This document shows, piece after piece, positions 8,673 through 18,273 of a stretch of DNA of 64,000 bases (the stretch's first letter is position 1; the number at the start of each line of letters is the position of its first letter). The position numbers and the translations under genes are program-made. The stretch is taken from assembly GCA_965226475.1 (NCBI GenBank), contig CBDDDJ010000003.1, positions 139,964-203,963 on the forward strand. Reading direction: 5' to 3'. This DNA is from Alphaproteobacteria bacterium. GTDB lineage: Bacteria; Pseudomonadota; Alphaproteobacteria; GCA-2731375. The notes below the pieces were generated by a model. That model ran no database searches. It was not told the origin of the DNA and was given only the letters and a program-made list of their open reading frames with translations.

Positions 8673-10107
8673 TGTCGCTAACACACGATATGACGGTCTA
8701 TGTAAGCGGCCGCGTGAACCGGTCTATGTAACAGATGATCTGTCCGGTTTTAGATTTCCTCCAAATCTGGAGGAATCGGATGCGCCGGACGGATGCAGTT
8801 GCAGGGACTGAGATTGATGAAGTTCGAGGATGTCTAGGGACGCTGTTATCGGGGTGATTTGAGCCAGGCCGAGGCCTCGGAGATCCTGGGCATGTCGGAG
8901 CGGACGTTCCGGCGCTGGCGGGAGCGCTATGAGGCCGAGGGTGCCGAGGGTTTGTACGACCGGCGCCTTGGGCGGGTCTCGGCGCGCCGCGCGCCGGTGG
9001 ACGAGGTGATGCGGGTGCTGGAGCTGTTCGAGACGCGCTACCCGGACTTCACGGCCAAGCACTTCCACGAGAAGCTGGTCTGCGAGCATGGCTTCGGGCT
9101 GAGCTACAACTGGCTTCGCCTGAGCTTGCAGGCGCCGGCAAGATCAAGCCGGCGCCCCGGCGCGGGGCGCACCGCCGGAAGCGGCCGCGCCGACCGGTGG
9201 TGGGGATGATGCCGCACCAGGACGCCTCGAGCCACGAGTGGGTTGCGGGCCAGTGGTGGGACCTGATCGTGACCATGGACGATGCGACATCGGAGGTCTA
9301 TTCGGGCTTCTTCGTTGCCGAGGAGGGCACGATGAGCACGTTCCGCGGGCTCGGCGAGGTGATCGCCGAAAACGGGCTGTTCTGCTCGCTCTACGCCGAT
9401 CGGGCCTCGCACTACTGGCACACGCCCGAGGCAGGCGGCGGTGTGGACAAGGACAACCCGACCCAGGTCGGCCGGGCCTTGGCGCAGCTCGGCATCGAGT
9501 TGATCGCGGCCTATTCGCCGCAGGCCCGGGGCCGCTCGGAGCGCATGTTCGGGACCTTGCAGAAGCGCCTGCCCCAGGAGCTGCGCCTCGCCGGGATCGC
9601 CACCATGGCCGAGGCCAATCGCTTTCTCGAGGAGCTCTTCTGGCCGGCGCACAACGCCCGCTTCGCCCGCCCGGCCGCGGACACCGGCTCGGCCTTCGTG
9701 GCTTTTGCCGGCACGCTCGAGGACATCCTCTGCGCCCAGGAGGACCGCGTCGTCGCGGGCGACAACACCTTGCGCGACAAGCGCCGCACGCTGCAGATCC
9801 CGGCCGATCGCCACCGCCACCACTACGTCAAGGCGCAGGTCCGGGTGCACGAATATCCCGACGGCCACCTGGCCGTCCTCCACGGACCCAGGTGTCTGGC
9901 GCGCTACCGCGCCGACGGCGAAACCATCGACGATGACAGGCTCCAGGCCGCGTGACCCGCTTCGACGCGACCGACCCCGGGCCTGTGGATAAGTGGACAG
10001 CTCGGCAAAGCAGCCGACCTGACCACTTCCCCACAGGCCCAACCACCACAACAGAAGCGGTCAATTCATATGGTACATAAAGCGGTCAACTCAGTTTGTT
10101 ATCGACA
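8673..10107 (+). mobile_element. Diverged ISNCY-like element, copy 2, in tandem 17 bp after copy 1
   Basis: Same terminal architecture (TGTCGCTAACAC ... ATCGACA) and the same internal hairpin, but with divergent sequence. Confidence 0.7.
8780..9955 (+). pseudogene. ISNCY-like transposase, disrupted (early stop and frameshift)
   Basis: The ATG at 8780 reads into TAG/TGA within 25 codons. Homology resumes in ORFs 8859-9209 and 9197-9955 in different frames. Confidence 0.7.
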
Positions 10108-10183
10108 ATAAAGATGTAGGGCACGACCGGCCTTCGTCCGTCGGCGATCGTGTCCCATGGAATGGTGTAGCTGACGGAGCCTA

Positions 10184-10819
10184 TTGGCGGCCGGACCGTT
10201 CACCTCAGACCCTGACATGAAGAAGAAACCAATGGACAAAGCCAACGCGAAGCGGATGTCGGAGAAAGCTCCCGAGCATGTTGGAGACAACGTGTTCACT
10301 CCGCACAACTTCGACGACGTCGACCTAAGACAATTCCTCCGCACCTACCTTTGGGTCATCTACGTTGCCGGCTTCCGCAACGCGGTCGTGGAGAAACACT
10401 TTGATACCATCAAAGATGCGTTTCACGACTTGGACCTGGACAAAATCGTCGCCGTGACGTCGATAAACGCCGACGCGCTCCCGATCCGTAACCAACGGAA
10501 GGCGGACGCGTTCCTGCGGGGGTGCGAATTAATTCACGCCGAAGGCTGGCAAGCGTTCCAACAGCGACTGAATGTGCGCGGTCAGGCCGCACTCGCAGAG
10601 CTTCCCTGGATGGGCCCCGCGACCAAACAGCTCATGGTGCTAGTCCTTGGCATTGAGGACACGGAAAAGGCCGACATCTGGATCAAGCAGTGCGCCGATG
10701 CTTGTTCCGCGACCGTGGACCAAATAGTCAGATTCCTCAGGCGGGAATACGGACTGACCCGCCAACAGGTGGATAATTACTTGTGGCGATACTGTCGCGA
10801 CAACCAACGGTTGCCATGA
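10184..10819 (+). CDS. Hypothetical protein, putative HhH-GPD-superfamily DNA glycosylase-like (MagIII/Tag-like)
   Basis: 211-aa ORF in a distinctly lower-GC block. Helix-hairpin-helix-like motif (LPWMGPATKQLMVLVLG). The family call is tentative. Confidence 0.4.
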   Translation: MAAGPFTSDPDMKKKPMDKANAKRMSEKAPEHVGDNVFTPHNFDDVDLRQFLRTYLWVIYVAGFRNAVVEKHFDTIKDAFHDLDLDKIVAVTSINADALPIRNQRKADAFLRGCELIHAEGWQAFQQRLNVRGQAALAELPWMGPATKQLMVLVLGIEDTEKADIWIKQCADACSATVDQIVRFLRREYGLTRQQVDNYLWRYCRDNQRLP

Positions 10820-10856
10820 ATGCTTGATCGCTGCGCAGGTGGATAATTACTTGTGG
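10766..10856. repeat. Two 21-bp direct repeats CAGGTGGATAATTACTTGTGG (10766-10786 and 10836-10856)
   Basis: Exact repeat straddling the stop codon of the 211-aa ORF. Confidence 0.8.
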
Positions 10857-10984
10857 TGGCCGGTTGCTCGATCGCACTGATCAACCGGTTGATTTGGTGC
10901 TCAGTCTGACTGTCCGCCTCCAAGTCCGTCGACCGCGCGCCGCCGGCTTCACCGCCCTCGCCCGCCGGATCGACGCTGTCGGGA

Positions 10985-12033
10985 GCAATAATTTTGGCTC
11001 AATTCGTGAATTGTATGCGTCACCTTGTTACGGCGGCGGCGAGGCAGGCTCGGTCATTGGCGCCGGGGGCGAGGCCGACGAGGTGGAACCAGCTCAGGTA
11101 GTTGTCCAGATAGCGGGTGGCGATGCCGCGGCGGGGACGCAGGAAGTCCTTCAACCGGCTGTGGCGGCTGTTCACCGTCTGCACATGCAGATCGCCCCGA
11201 ACCCGTTCCCCCATCGAGCGGTTGAGTGCTTCGTGGCTCACCCCGAGCGCGGCGGCGCAAGGTGGATAGCTCGCGCCACCGTCGGAGACCAGCAGGGCGT
11301 CCTTCGCGACCACCGGGTCGAGAGCAGCCGTGAGCGCCGCCGCGTCGACCCTGGGCAGCACCGCGCTCACCGTCGGCCCGCTCCGGTCCGCCGCCATGAG
11401 AACCGGCACCTGCTCGCGCGAGAGGCCGCGCTTCTTCGCCTTGCCGCCCCGCCGCCGTGCCTTGCGTCCCAGCCCGCGCGCGCCCTTCCGGCTCTCCAGG
11501 ACGTAGGTCTCGTCCGCTTCCACGATCCCCTTGAGCACCTCCGAATCGCTCCGCGCCGCCGCCAGAAACCGGTGACGCCAGCGGAACGCCGTGCTCACCG
11601 CCACGTCGCAGCGCGCCGCCGAGGCCTTCACCGTCTCCCCCTCCGCCAGCGACGCCCCGAACGACAGCCAGCGTTCCTTGTGGTGCAGGCCCGACAGCGG
11701 CGTACCGGTCAGCGCGTTGAAGGTCCTGCCGCAGCCCTTGCACTGGTAGCGCCGCAGACCCCGCGCCATACCGCGCGAAACCGCCCCTTCGCTCGCGCAG
11801 TGCGGACAGCGCCGGGCCTCGTCCACACCAAGCTCGATCGCGGCCTTCGATGCCTCGCCTTCGCTCCGGCCCAACAGCACCGCGAGCGCCTCGTGCCGCT
11901 GCACGCGCGTCAGCCCGCGCGCCGCCGAAAGCCACACCTGGAAACCCTTGCCGTCCATGACCCAACCTCCTGACATTCCGGGCATTCTATCACAAATGCA
12001 TACGTTTCACGAATTGACCCATAATTTTAGTGC
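10985..12033 (-). mobile_element. IS1595-family insertion sequence
   Basis: Imperfect terminal IRs (core TCAATTCGTGAA.nGTATGC) at about 10985-11025 and 11995-12033 flank a 312-aa transposase. Confidence 0.7.
11020..11958 (-). CDS. IS1595-family transposase (N-terminal zinc ribbon + DDE domain)
   Basis: CPHCAS ... YQCKGCGRTF zinc ribbon, then an ISXO2-like DDE region (EADETYV ... LVSDGGASY). AGGAGG RBS before the ATG at 11958. Confidence 0.8.
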   Translation of the reverse strand: MDGKGFQVWLSAARGLTRVQRHEALAVLLGRSEGEASKAAIELGVDEARRCPHCASEGAVSRGMARGLRRYQCKGCGRTFNALTGTPLSGLHHKERWLSFGASLAEGETVKASAARCDVAVSTAFRWRHRFLAAARSDSEVLKGIVEADETYVLESRKGARGLGRKARRRGGKAKKRGLSREQVPVLMAADRSGPTVSAVLPRVDAAALTAALDPVVAKDALLVSDGGASYPPCAAALGVSHEALNRSMGERVRGDLHVQTVNSRHSRLKDFLRPRRGIATRYLDNYLSWFHLVGLAPGANDRACLAAAVTR

Positions 12034-12270
12034 TGATGCGGTTTCCGTGGACTTCGTCCTGACTTGGCCCAGTCGAGGTTCGAGGTGTCGGTGCGGCGGA
12101 CGGATGGTTTGCTCCCGTTCATTTCAACTGAACTCGTGGACACCTCCATCAACGGGCAAGTCATGCAACAAGGCCGGGCCGGTATTCGGAGAGATGCCGC
12201 ATGACGGCAGTCAGCACGACCTTAAGCGAGGGAATGCCGAGGGCTGTAGCCCGCTTCATTGGGCGAAAAC

Positions 12271-12474
12271 TCAGTCACCCGTTGGCTCGATCCCCCTTTC
12301 TTTGTCGAGGAGACGCTCGCACTGGGTAAGGACACGGAGAGCCACATCCATCGCCAGGTAGTCACCGCTACTCCGCAGTTCCTCAACGCGATCCTGGGCA
12401 ATACCTATGGCCTCTCGGCCGTAATGCTGGACCAACTCCCGTGCTGAGCGTCCGATCTCAGTCTTTGTAATCAC
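12271..12474 (-). CDS. Hypothetical small protein (67 aa)
   Basis: ORF in low-GC IS-scrap DNA with no recognisable domain. Weak support. Confidence 0.25.
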   Translation of the reverse strand: MITKTEIGRSARELVQHYGREAIGIAQDRVEELRSSGDYLAMDVALRVLTQCERLLDKERGIEPTGD

Positions 12475-12571
12475 CTGCGTTCAGCCTCGATGTCTTTTCG
12501 CAAAATATCTACACGGTGGCGAATTGCGGCAACCTGGACGCATCGGCTCAATCGAGACGCCGACCACGAAA

Positions 12572-12856
12572 TTAACCCGGCGCGCCACATCCTCGCCAAA
12601 CTTCATCCATTATCTCCTGTTGCTGCGTCAGGTCGAGAATATGCTGTTCGTACGTGGCACCGAGATCTGTCATGAGATAGTTGGTTAGGCGAGCCTTCGA
12701 TCCCGCCAATGGTTGCGTCCGGCGTGCCGCCGACTGATAGGCGCCGGCCGGTGTCGAGATCGACCGGCCGGCAAAGACCTCGTGAAAGTCAAAGCGCATG
12801 GGCTGCATCAACGAGATCGTTTCCTCGCTCACCCGTGTGTTCGTGCCGGAATACAT
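12572..12856 (-). CDS. Hypothetical small protein (94 aa)
   Basis: ORF in lower-GC DNA adjacent to the previous one, with no recognisable domain. Weak support. Confidence 0.2.
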   Translation of the reverse strand: MYSGTNTRVSEETISLMQPMRFDFHEVFAGRSISTPAGAYQSAARRTQPLAGSKARLTNYLMTDLGATYEQHILDLTQQQEIMDEVWRGCGAPG

Positions 12857-13186
12857 TTGCCACGACCGTATCCTCGACCGATGGCTGCTTGCGCCAACGA
12901 ATCAGGAGCAAATCCGCACGTGCTACGCCCCTTCTGCACCGGGCATCCGAAAGCTTGCTGGCGCCTGCCACGCGGTTTCCATGGATTGGCGCCTTCGCGC
13001 GGCCAACCAGCACGAACAGTCCGACACGCAAAATTGGGGACTTATGTGCTTTGATCTCGCAGGCCGATAGTCAGGTCGCGGCGATTGCCCGCTCATGCGG
13101 CATGGCGGTGGCAACGCGCAACGTCCGAGTGATCCTCTCCCATTGGATTGGTCCATCCTTAGGTTTGGGAATGGGGAGGATCAACG

Positions 13187-13330
13187 ATGGCAAGGAAGCG
13201 CTACAAGCCGGAGGAGATCGTCAGCCTGCTGCGGCAGGCGGAGGTTCTGCATGGCCAGGGCATGTCGATGGCGGACGCGATCGGGCAACTGGGGATCAGT
13301 GAGGTCACATTCTATCTCTATGGATGGCTC
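13187..13330 (+). pseudogene. IS3-family OrfA N-terminal fragment
   Basis: MARKRYKPEEIVSLLRQAEV ... MADAIGQLGISEVTFY matches the IS3-family OrfA HTH, then degenerates. Confidence 0.6.
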
Positions 13331-13543
13331 TCCCGTACGAGGGATGTTGATCTGAGTGACGTGGGTCGGTTGCAAACATCTATCCGGCATCACCCATAGT
13401 GGGGTGCCCAAATGGGGAATCCGCACGCACCCGCCTCTACAGCTGATAGGCCTCAGAGGCCTCGATAATAGTCAGGCTCGTGGCGCGCCGGTCCGACCTG
13501 TGCAGCTCATTTCGTTATCGTCTCGCAACCTCGTGGCGGGCCC

Positions 13544-13735
13544 TCAGCCAGCGGCGCGGTAGGCTTCGCCGCTCCGAAGCACGGCCCAGATGATCCGTGC
13601 GTTCTTGTTGGCGACGGCCACCGTGGCCCGGTTGAAGCCGCGCCGCCGGTGAAGTTTGTTGACCCAGGCGTTGAAGGGATCCGTCTTTGCTGAGGCCGTT
13701 CGAACGACGGACCTGGCGCCATGCACCAGCAGGGA
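13544..13735 (-). pseudogene. IS110-family transposase C-terminal remnant
   Basis: Minus-strand translation ends ... FNRATVAVANKNARIIWAVLRSGEAYRAAG, the typical IS110 C-terminus. No N-terminal part is present. Confidence 0.55.
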
Positions 13736-13737
13736 TC

Positions 13738-14474
13738 CTATCGCCCGGGGAGGGGGTTGAGGCCCACCCGCGTCTGCCGAAGGTAGATAGACCCGATGGT
13801 GCCGAAATTCATGACCGTGAACCCGCAACCGACGAGAAAGGCTTGGGAATAGCTGCCCGTGAGGTCGAAAATGTGGCCTCCGAGCCACCCCCCGAGTGCC
13901 ATGCCGAGCAACTCGAACATGTAGAAGGTGGCGATGCGCCAGCCGGCCTGGCTGGCCGGGAAGAGCAGCCGGATGATCAGGGGGTAGCACGGCATGATGC
14001 CCGCGAATCCCAGGCCGAACAGCAATGCGGCGACGTACAGGGCAGGCGGGCTGGTTACGATAGAAAAGACCACGAGCATGATGGCCTGACAGGCCGAACC
14101 GATGAGCAGCGTTCGCACCCCGCCGATGCGGTCGGCCAGCATGCCATAGAGAATCCGCGAGACGAAAGCCGCGGCGAACAATACGGTCAATAGTTCGGCG
14201 GCGCGTGCTCGTGGCAAACCCAGGTCGGTGCCGTGGCTGACGAGATGAACCATCGGTATCGCCATCGCCGCGCAGCAACCGATGGTCGCCAGGCACAACA
14301 GGCCCTGCACGGCATTTGCGGGCAGATCGAGAACCCGTCCAAGCACGGCGTGGCCCTCGCGGGCCCGGCCCGGGGGCGTGATGGGCGGCTTGGTGCGCAG
14401 CAGCATGGCTAGCGGCACCATGGTGCAAAGCGCGAAAACGCCGAATATCAGATAGGTCTCGCGCCAACCGTAGG
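13738..14474 (-). pseudogene. MFS transporter, C-terminal half only (truncated by IS21 insertion)
   Basis: Multi-TM MFS-like sequence whose reading frame runs straight into the IS21 terminus at 14475. The N-terminal half is not found on the other side of the IS. Confidence 0.65.
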
Positions 14475-14574
14475 TGTGTGCGGCGGTGACAAATTAGACC
14501 ACGGAAGCGGCGGGATTTGCCCGGCTGCGGGCGGAGTAAAACTCTGCCACCTGTAGCCTTCGATCCTTTTCGGG

Positions 14575-16089
14575 ATGGAAGGTGGGAGGATGTATACCGT
14601 GGACCTTTATCCACGCGTTCGGCTGGCGTGCCATGTTGATGGGCTGAGTCAGCGAGAGGCGGCGAGTCGGTTTGGCATGGCGCGAGAGACGGTGAGGAAG
14701 ATGCTCGGGCACTCGGAGCCGCCTGGCTACCGCCGCCGCCAGCCACCGAAGCGCCCGAAGCTGGACCCCTTCAGGGATATCATTGACCGTATTCTGGAAG
14801 AGGACCGAACGGTTCACTGCAAGCAGCGCCACACGGCGAAGCGGATATTCGAGCGTCTTCGCGACGAGCATGGCTTTGCGGGCAAACAGACCATCGTCAA
14901 GGATTACGTCCGGGAACGGCGCCGTCGCCAGCGTGAGATGTTCGTGCCGCTGGCGCACCCTCCGGGTCACGCTCAGGCGGACTTTGGCGAGGCGGATGCG
15001 ATCATCGCCGGCGTCAAGCGGCGGGCGCATTTTTTCGCCATGGACCTTCCCCACGGCGATGCCTGCTTCGTTGCGGCCTACCCGGCGGCGGCGACGGAGG
15101 CCTGGCTGGACGGCCACAACGGGGCCTTCGCCTTCTTCGGCGGCATTCCCCAATCGATTCTCCACGACAATGACAAGTGCCTGGTGTCGCGCATCCTGCC
15201 GGACGGCACGCGGCAACGAACGCGAGCGTTCAGCGGGCTTCAATCCCATTATCTGTTCCAGGATCGATATGGCCGCCCCGGCAAGGGCAATGATAAGGGC
15301 AAGGTGGAGGGGCTGGTCGGTTACGCCCGCCGGAACTTCATGGTTCCCATCCCCCGGTTTGCGAGCTGGGACGCCTTCAACGCTCACCTGGAACATCAAT
15401 GTCGGAGACGGGAAAGCGACGTCTTGCGCGGCCATCGCGAGACCATCGGCGAGCGGTTCGGATGCGACCGGGAGAAGCTGATGGAATTGCCGCCGGCGCC
15501 TTTCGAGGCCTGCGACAAGGAGGGCACGCGGGTCAATTCGCTCTCCCTGGTGCGCTATCGGGGCAACGACTACTCGGTGCCCGTCGCCTACGGTCACCAA
15601 GAGGTCTGGGTCCGTGGCTACGTGCACGAGGTGGTCATCGGCTGCGCCGCCGAGGTCATCGCCCGGCACCCACGCTCTTACGAACGAGAGGACCTGATCT
15701 TCGAGCCGATCCACTATCTGGCCTTGCGGGAGCGGAAGATCGGTGCCCTCGATCAAGCCGCCCCGCTGGCCGGTTGGAAGCTGCCCGAGGCGTACGCCAA
15801 CCTGCGCCGCTTGCTTGAAGCCCGCATGGGCAAGGCCGGCAAGCGGGAGTACGTGCAAGTGCTCCGTCTTCTGGAGACCTTTGCCCTTGAGGAGGTGCAC
15901 GGTGCCATCCGCGATGCCCCGCGGTTAGGCGCCATCGGCTATGATGCGGTCAAGCACCTGGTGCTGTGTCGCGTCGAGCGTCGACCCCCCCGGCTCGACT
16001 TGAACGTTTATCCCTATCTGCCGCGGGCCCAGGTGACCACCACATCCGCCGCCAGCCACATGAGCCTGCTGGGCGGAGCGGCGCCGTGA
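14575..16089 (+). CDS. istA: IS21 transposase IstA
   Basis: 504 aa with an HTH and a DDE integrase core. Overlaps istB by 4 bp. Confidence 0.9.
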   Translation: MEGGRMYTVDLYPRVRLACHVDGLSQREAASRFGMARETVRKMLGHSEPPGYRRRQPPKRPKLDPFRDIIDRILEEDRTVHCKQRHTAKRIFERLRDEHGFAGKQTIVKDYVRERRRRQREMFVPLAHPPGHAQADFGEADAIIAGVKRRAHFFAMDLPHGDACFVAAYPAAATEAWLDGHNGAFAFFGGIPQSILHDNDKCLVSRILPDGTRQRTRAFSGLQSHYLFQDRYGRPGKGNDKGKVEGLVGYARRNFMVPIPRFASWDAFNAHLEHQCRRRESDVLRGHRETIGERFGCDREKLMELPPAPFEACDKEGTRVNSLSLVRYRGNDYSVPVAYGHQEVWVRGYVHEVVIGCAAEVIARHPRSYEREDLIFEPIHYLALRERKIGALDQAAPLAGWKLPEAYANLRRLLEARMGKAGKREYVQVLRLLETFALEEVHGAIRDAPRLGAIGYDAVKHLVLCRVERRPPRLDLNVYPYLPRAQVTTTSAASHMSLLGGAAP

Positions 16090-16853
16090 GCGACACGCCG
16101 CAGGTGTTGCTGGCCCATCACCTGAAGGCCCTCAAGCTGCCGACCTTCCTCAGGGAGTACGACAAGCTGGCTCGCCAGTGTGCCAGCGAGGGCGCCGACC
16201 ACGTGCGCTACCTGCTCCGCCTGGCCGAGCTGGAACTGATCGACCGCGAGCGCCGCATGGTCGAGCGGCGAATCAGGCAAGCGAAGTTCCCGACCGTCAA
16301 GAGCTTGGACAGCTTTGACTTCAAAGCGATCGCCTCGCTCAACAAGGCGCTGGTCCTCGAGCTGGCACGATGCGAGTACATCGAGCGCCGGGAGAATGTG
16401 ATCGCTCTGGGCAATTCCGGCACCGGCAAGAGTCACATTGCGCTCGGCCTCGGCCTTGCCGCCTGCCAGAAGGGCCTGTCGGTCGGCTTTACCACCGCCG
16501 CCGCCCTGGTCCACGAGCTCATGGAGGCGCGCGATGACAGACAGCTGCTGAGGTTCCAGAAGAAGCTCGCCAACCTCAAGCTCCTCATCATCGACGAGCT
16601 GGGTTTCGTGCCGCTCTCCAAGACCGGCGCCGAGTTGCTGTTCGAGGTGTTCAGCCAGCGCTACGAGCGTGGCTCGATCCTGGTGACCTCCAACCTGCCA
16701 TTCGACGAGTGGACGGAGGTTTTCGGCTCAGAACGCCTGACGGGGGCGTTGCTGGACCGCCTGACCCACCACGTCCATATCCTGGAAATGAACGGCGAAA
16801 GCTTCCGCCTCAAGCAGAGCCGAAGAAAACAGAAACCCGCAAAAAGCGCCTGA
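16086..16853 (+). CDS. istB: IS21 helper ATPase IstB
   Basis: GTG start MSDTPQVLL, Walker A GNSGTGKSH. The ORF-track upstream extension is ignored. Confidence 0.85.
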   Translation: MSDTPQVLLAHHLKALKLPTFLREYDKLARQCASEGADHVRYLLRLAELELIDRERRMVERRIRQAKFPTVKSLDSFDFKAIASLNKALVLELARCEYIERRENVIALGNSGTGKSHIALGLGLAACQKGLSVGFTTAAALVHELMEARDDRQLLRFQKKLANLKLLIIDELGFVPLSKTGAELLFEVFSQRYERGSILVTSNLPFDEWTEVFGSERLTGALLDRLTHHVHILEMNGESFRLKQSRRKQKPAKSA

Positions 16854-17038
16854 GCGGCATCCGCTTGCCCCCGTGGGCCCACAGGCCCCTCCCACGCGCG
16901 CCGCGGCCTTTGCCTGCTGAGGGGCAGTCCACGCCGCGCGTGGGTCCCTCCCGTGGACTACGGGGACAAGCTCCTCACCGAACCAAAGTGGCCCACTTTT
17001 GCTCCGCCACATGGCCGGGTTTTACTCCGCCGTTGACA

Positions 17039-17531
17039 GTGGCGCAGGAGTTTCTCGCCGGAGAGAGCCTTCACGGGCTCTCCCGGCGCCACGACGTCTC
17101 GCGTAACTTGATCCGTGTCTGGGTGGCGAAGCTGGAAGCCGGCACCTACGACGAAGATGCCGAGGCTGCCGATCTCCTGCAGGAATACGAGGCGAAAATC
17201 GCTGCCCTCGAGCGCCTGGTCGGCCGGCAGGCGCTGGAGATCGAGTTTCTAAAAGGGGCTCTGAAAAGCGCACCCCGGCCGAGAAGCGCGACTACATCCG
17301 TGATTGCCGGCCCGATGGTCTCTCCATCGCCCAAGGATGCCGACTGATGGGCCTGCCACGCTCGACCTATTACGACGCGCCGGTGGCCACGGCCGACGAG
17401 GCCGAGATCGTCGCCCGCATCGAGGCGATCTGTGAGGAGTTCGAAGCCTACGGCTATCGCCGTGTCGGTGCCGCGCTGCGCCACCAAGGCATCATCGTCA
17501 ACAGCAAGAAGGTCCGCCGTCTGATGCGCGT
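17039..17531 (+). mobile_element. IS3-family element fragment (5'-truncated OrfA + start of OrfB); internal part of the element at 21116-22030
   Basis: Sequence and translation identical to 21285-21777 of the full copy. Cut on the left by IS21-A and on the right at 17531. Confidence 0.75.
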
Positions 17532-18083
17532 GTAGCGCACCCGGTTCCTTGGACACAAGTTTGTCTCACGCGGCGGGCCTGATTGAGATCGCGGCGTGCC
17601 ACGCCTGACGAGCTTGAGCGGGGCTCAGGTAGCCGTTCTTTTCGACGATCCACTGGGCATTGTAGAGTTCGACGAAGTCGCGGACGGCGTCCCGCAGCTC
17701 CGCGATGTTGCGGTAGATGCGACCATGGATGATCTGTTCCTTCAGCGTGCGATTGAACCGCTCGGCGACGCCGTTGGTCTGGGGCTCGGCGACGAAGGCG
17801 TAGGACGGCTGGATGCCCCAGAACTTGATCTGGTTGGTGAAGTGGTCCGACAGATACTGGGAGCCGTGATCCATCCGCAAGGCCAGCCCCCGAGCCGCGC
17901 CGGCCGCGGTCGAGCCATACAGCCCGGCAAGCCCCATGGAGATCGGCTGCAGGGCGGCGAAGCGGTCGCCGCGCTTGCAGACATGCCAGCCGACACACTC
18001 GGCGTTCCAATGCTCGACGGCGGTGAAGATCCAGCCCCAGCCGTCGTCCACCGTGAACACCCGAACGCCATCGGTGCCCCACA
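17532..18083 (-). mobile_element. Right-end fragment of an IS3/IS481-superfamily element (DDE integrase-core C-terminus), truncated by IS21-D
   Basis: Minus-strand ORF with DDE motifs (RMDHGSQY, NGVAERFNRTLKEQ). The terminal sequence ACCCGGTTCCTTGGACACA matches the IS terminus seen at 63517-63537. Confidence 0.6.
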
Positions 18084-18273
18084 TGTCAATGGCGGAGCAA
18101 AAAGGGACCACCGTGGCGGTGTAAGAAGGGACCACTTGGCGGCTGCGGGCTTGTCCCCTAGTCCATGGGAGGGCCCCGGGTGCGACGCGGCGTGCCCTCA
18201 ACAGGCCGACGCGGCGGCGCGCGCGGGAGGGACCTGTGGGCCCACGGGGTCAAGCGTGGGTTGGGTGGTCGGT

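Larger units (their letters stand above)
14475..17038 (+). mobile_element. IS21-family insertion sequence, copy A (2564 bp)
   Basis: Termini TGTGTGCGGCGGTGACAAATTAGACC ... TACTCCGCCGTTGACA. The istA/istB proteins are identical to copies B and C. Confidence 0.85.

Noticed and set aside
14494-15900. 468-aa minus-strand ORF inside IS21 (also at 23175-24464 and 26350-27639)
   Set aside because: It is antisense to istA, a conserved artefact of the high-GC IS sequence.
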